Source of the DNA: an uncultured delta proteobacterium
Lineage (GTDB): Bacteria; Desulfobacterota; RBG-13-43-22
NCBI GenBank assembly: GCA_963802945.1
Contig: CAWDKY010000027.1
Location: 96,001-160,000 of the forward strand
Length of the DNA: 64,000 nucleotides
Direction of reading: 5' to 3'
The notes under the pieces: generated by a model
Database searches by the model: none
Seen by the model: only the letters and a program-made list of their open reading frames with translations
What the model was told of the DNA's origin: nothing
In this document: positions 60,888 to 64,000 of the stretch, one piece after another
Layout of the letters: the number at the start of each line of letters is the position of its first letter
Position numbering within the stretch: the first letter of the stretch is position 1
Made by a program: the position numbers and the translations under genes

Positions 60888-61475
60888 ATGAAAAAATTTT
60901 TATTGATCGGATTGATTTTTTCTCTGTGGGTTCTGAACTTGTCCGGATGCGGCTATAACACCATCCAGACCAATGAAGAAGCGGTCAAAGCCGCCTGGGG
61001 AGATGTTGAGTCGTCTTATCAAAGAAGAAACGACCTGATCCCCAACCTGGTCGAAGTGGTCAAGGGCTATGCCAAACATGAAAAGGAAACCCTGACGGCC
61101 GTTACCGAGGCCAGGGCCAAAGTGGGATCGATTCAAATGAGCAAGGATATGTTGAACGACCCTAATGCCTTCAGCCAGTTTCAAAAGGCCCAGGGGGATA
61201 TGAGCAGTGCCCTGTCCAAACTGATGGTCGTGGTGGAAAAATATCCGGACCTCAAGGCCAACCAGAATTTTCAAGACCTGCAACACCAACTGGAAGGGAC
61301 AGAAAATCGAATTAATGTGGCCAGGGACCGCTTCAATAAGAAGGTTGCGGTTTTTAACAGCTCCATTCGTATCTTTCCCAATAATCTGACCAATAAATTT
61401 TTATTGGGCTTAAAACTCAAAGAGCCTTTTAAGGCCGAAGCCGGGGCTGAAAAAGCGCCAACAGTAAAATTTTAA
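60888..61475 (+). CDS. lemA: LemA family protein
   Basis: [31 protein letters not shown]. Confidence 0.93.
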   Translation: MKKFLLIGLIFSLWVLNLSGCGYNTIQTNEEAVKAAWGDVESSYQRRNDLIPNLVEVVKGYAKHEKETLTAVTEARAKVGSIQMSKDMLNDPNAFSQFQKAQGDMSSALSKLMVVVEKYPDLKANQNFQDLQHQLEGTENRINVARDRFNKKVAVFNSSIRIFPNNLTNKFLLGLKLKEPFKAEAGAEKAPTVKF

Positions 61476-61602
61476 AAACAAAAGGGTTCAAGGGATCCGA
61501 AATTTTAGGATTCAAGCTGAAAGACTTTAGAAACCCCTTGAACCCTGGCCGCTGAGGCAGATGCGAATCCTTATTTATATTTTTGAAAAGAATGGTTAAA
61601 AA

Positions 61603-62475
61603 ATGAAAAAAGTCGCTCTGGTCTTGTCTTTTTTTCTATACGTCCTTCCCTCCCTGGTACAGGCCCTGGAGGTCCCCAGACTGCAGGACTATATCAATGA
61701 TTATGCCTCCATGATCTCTCCGGCGGCCAAGTCCCAGCTGGAGAGCGAGTTAAAAGCCTTCGAACAATCCGATTCCACCCAGTTGGTCGTTTTAACAATT
61801 CCCTCGTTGGAGGGCGATACGATCGAAGGGTTCGGTATCAAGGTGGGCGATGTCTGGAAGATCGGCCAAAAAAACAAGGACAACGGAATCATCGTTGTCG
61901 TTGCCAAACAGGAACACAAGATACGAATTGAGGTCGGCCGAGGTCTGGAAGGCCGTTTGACGGATCTGTTGGCCGGAAGGATAGTGGACTTGGTCATAAC
62001 ACCCAGGTTCAAAAGAGGAGACTATGACGGCGGATTCCAGGCCGGAGTTTCCGCCCTCATCGACGCCACCCGAGGGGAATTTAAAGCCGACGAAGGGCAT
62101 CCGGCAACTCAAAATAAGGGCGCCCCTTCATTCTTGACTTTTCTTATTGCCGGTTTTGTCGCCCTTTTATTCATTGGCAGCCTTTCCCGTATTTTGGGAG
62201 GTATTGCCGGAACCGTTGGTTTACCGGCCTTGCTTCATTTCGGTCTTTTCCCCTTGGGAATAGTTTCGTTGATCCTTTCCGCCCTGGCCGGATTCGGGTT
62301 AGGGATGTTTTTGCCGTCTCTTTTTTCCAGTACCGGAATGGGGAAGGGAGGCGGATTTTGGCCTGGCGGATTTTTCCCAACCGGCGGTGGCGGCTGGGGC
62401 GGAGGGGACTCGGGGGGAGGTTTCTTCGGTGGTGGTGGGGGCTTCGGCGGCGGCGGGGCCTCCGGGGATTGGTGA
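61603..62475 (+). CDS. TPM domain protein (YgcG-like)
   Basis: IRIEVGRGLEG, Gly-rich tail GGGGASGDW. Confidence 0.9.
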   Translation: MKKVALVLSFFLYVLPSLVQALEVPRLQDYINDYASMISPAAKSQLESELKAFEQSDSTQLVVLTIPSLEGDTIEGFGIKVGDVWKIGQKNKDNGIIVVVAKQEHKIRIEVGRGLEGRLTDLLAGRIVDLVITPRFKRGDYDGGFQAGVSALIDATRGEFKADEGHPATQNKGAPSFLTFLIAGFVALLFIGSLSRILGGIAGTVGLPALLHFGLFPLGIVSLILSALAGFGLGMFLPSLFSSTGMGKGGGFWPGGFFPTGGGGWGGGDSGGGFFGGGGGFGGGGASGDW

Positions 62476-62537
62476 GATCGAATTAAAGTTCAAGGTTCAA
62501 GGTGTGATAAAAAAACAAAATAATTCGGGTTGAGGAA

Positions 62538-63170
62538 ATGAAATCGGCTGCAACTTTTTTTACCGAGGAAGAGAAAACCAAAATCAAGGAAACGACCCAG
62601 ACCATTGAATTGAAAACTGATGGAGAGATCGCGGTGATGGTAGTGGACAACAGCGATCATTATCTGGAAGCTGAGGTCTTGGGAGGAATTGTTTTCGCGA
62701 GTCTTCTAGCCTTAGCCGCTTCGGTTCTATTTTTCCATGAATCCCTTTATGCTTATATCCCTTTAAGCTTTGTCCTCTTTTTCCCTTTTCGATGGATCGG
62801 AGCCAAATTCTCTCGTCTGAAATTGGTTTTTATCGGACATCATCGGAAAGTAGCGACTGTTCATCATAGGGCACTTCGAGCCTTTTACGAAAAAAGGCTT
62901 GATCAAACTAAATATCATACCGGGGTTTTGTTTTTCATTTCTTTGCTGGAGCGAAAAGTCTGGGTTCTGGCTGATAAGGGCATTCATAAAAAGATGGAGC
63001 AAGAAACCCTCAATCAGTTTGCTAAGATGGTTTCTCGGGGAATCAAAGAAGACCGGGCCTGTGAGTCCCTCTGTCAGGCCATCGAGGGCATCGGACGATT
63101 ACTGGCTGAACATTTTCCTCTCACCCCTGGTCATAAAGACGAATTGCCCGCCGAAGTAATGACCGAATAA
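62538..63170 (+). CDS. TPM domain membrane protein
   Basis: TDGEIAV, TGVLFFISLLER, ADKGI, DELP. Confidence 0.85.
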   Translation: MKSAATFFTEEEKTKIKETTQTIELKTDGEIAVMVVDNSDHYLEAEVLGGIVFASLLALAASVLFFHESLYAYIPLSFVLFFPFRWIGAKFSRLKLVFIGHHRKVATVHHRALRAFYEKRLDQTKYHTGVLFFISLLERKVWVLADKGIHKKMEQETLNQFAKMVSRGIKEDRACESLCQAIEGIGRLLAEHFPLTPGHKDELPAEVMTE

Positions 63171-63191
63171 GAATAACTTCAAGGAGGATGT

Positions 63192-63608
63192 ATGGATTAT
63201 TTACAAATGACCTCACCCTGCGGTTTGGATTGTTTTAATTGCACCATGTCTCAGACCAAAGACAATCCGAACCTGCGGATAAAAATTGCTAAAAATTTGG
63301 AGATTCCCGAGGAAAAGGCTACCTGCCAGGGATGCCGCGGGGAGAATGGGACGATAGCTTTTTTAAACATGACCGAGCCTTGCAGCGTCTATCAATGCAT
63401 CAAGAAAAAAGATATTGATTTTTGCTATGAGTGTTCCGATTTCCCCTGTGACTATCTCCACCCCTTTGCCGACCTGGCCTCGCAGAGGCCGCACAACACC
63501 AAGGTCTTTAATTTGTGCCTGATTAAAAAGATGGGGTTGGAATCGTGGGCCAAGACCAAAGCTAAAAAGGTGAGAGACACTTATTTCCAAGGAAAGTTTA
63601 AGCTCTAA
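63192..63608 (+). CDS. DUF3795-like Cys-rich protein
   Basis: PCGLDCFNC, CQGCR, C.VYQC, CYEC.DFPC. Confidence 0.75.
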   Translation: MDYLQMTSPCGLDCFNCTMSQTKDNPNLRIKIAKNLEIPEEKATCQGCRGENGTIAFLNMTEPCSVYQCIKKKDIDFCYECSDFPCDYLHPFADLASQRPHNTKVFNLCLIKKMGLESWAKTKAKKVRDTYFQGKFKL

Positions 63609-64000
63609 CCATAATACCGAGGTAAATGCCGGCCAATAATTCAAAGCTTGAGTATTATCATTAGCGCGGCACCAACAAGAACGGCAAGCTCAGCATGCAG
63701 TAATGCTTGGGCATGTCAAAAGCGCCAAAGAAGATGAAAAAAAACTGTAAATACTGGGATACCAGCGGCGATGGAGTTATTACCGAAGACGAGTATGTCC
63801 AGCAGTTCAAGAAGATTAAGAGGAAATAAAGTGTCCTGACCAGTATTTGGGTTGACGGACAGTGTCAAAATAACTCTTCTTGCGACTTTCACCTACAAGT
63901 CTTCTAAGACGATCACTTTCGAAAAATAGCGATTACCATTTGAAATGCGCATGGTGAGTTGAATAACTTTAATGCTGTTTGTTCCTCTTCTCCTCGTACA

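Noticed and set aside
63756-63829. Fluoride riboswitch (GGCGATGGAGTT)
   Set aside because: No matching 3' stem; it reads as an EF-hand coding fragment WDTSGDGVITEDEY, too short to call a gene

Overview
Chromosomal window from what looks like an anaerobic Desulfobacterota (deltaproteobacterial) genome; this is inferred from the split F0 atp operon, the rubrerythrin/desulfoferrodoxin cluster and class III RNR. Most of it is housekeeping and redox or acyl-CoA metabolism: dinB (partial), dapA, ilvE, nrdD/nrdG, tkt, a rbr-dfx-ferritin-kor-rubredoxin cluster, lpdA, nfi, cobT, mscL, atpZ/I/B/E, uvrA, pdxA, tatA, a DRTGG/PHP/kinase cluster and lemA-TPM. The accessory part is a ~7.1 kb integron cassette array on the minus strand (39635-46762) with about 10 attC sites and no integrase gene in the window. 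The most unusual signal lies inside that array. A ~146-bp composite repeat (an attC, a spacer and a GGGTCAGCCC hairpin of the type found at RAYT/Y1 HUH-transposase ends) occurs three times. Each copy starts at a GAGAAAT junction, where it cuts off a native attC, replaces one, or truncates a Y1-transposase gene. A second notable locus is a reductase-dehydratase fusion resembling propionyl-CoA synthase with its domains in reverse order. Six +1 frameshifts between 25 and 35 kb are probably sequencing errors. All product calls come from motif recognition by eye; no searches were run.
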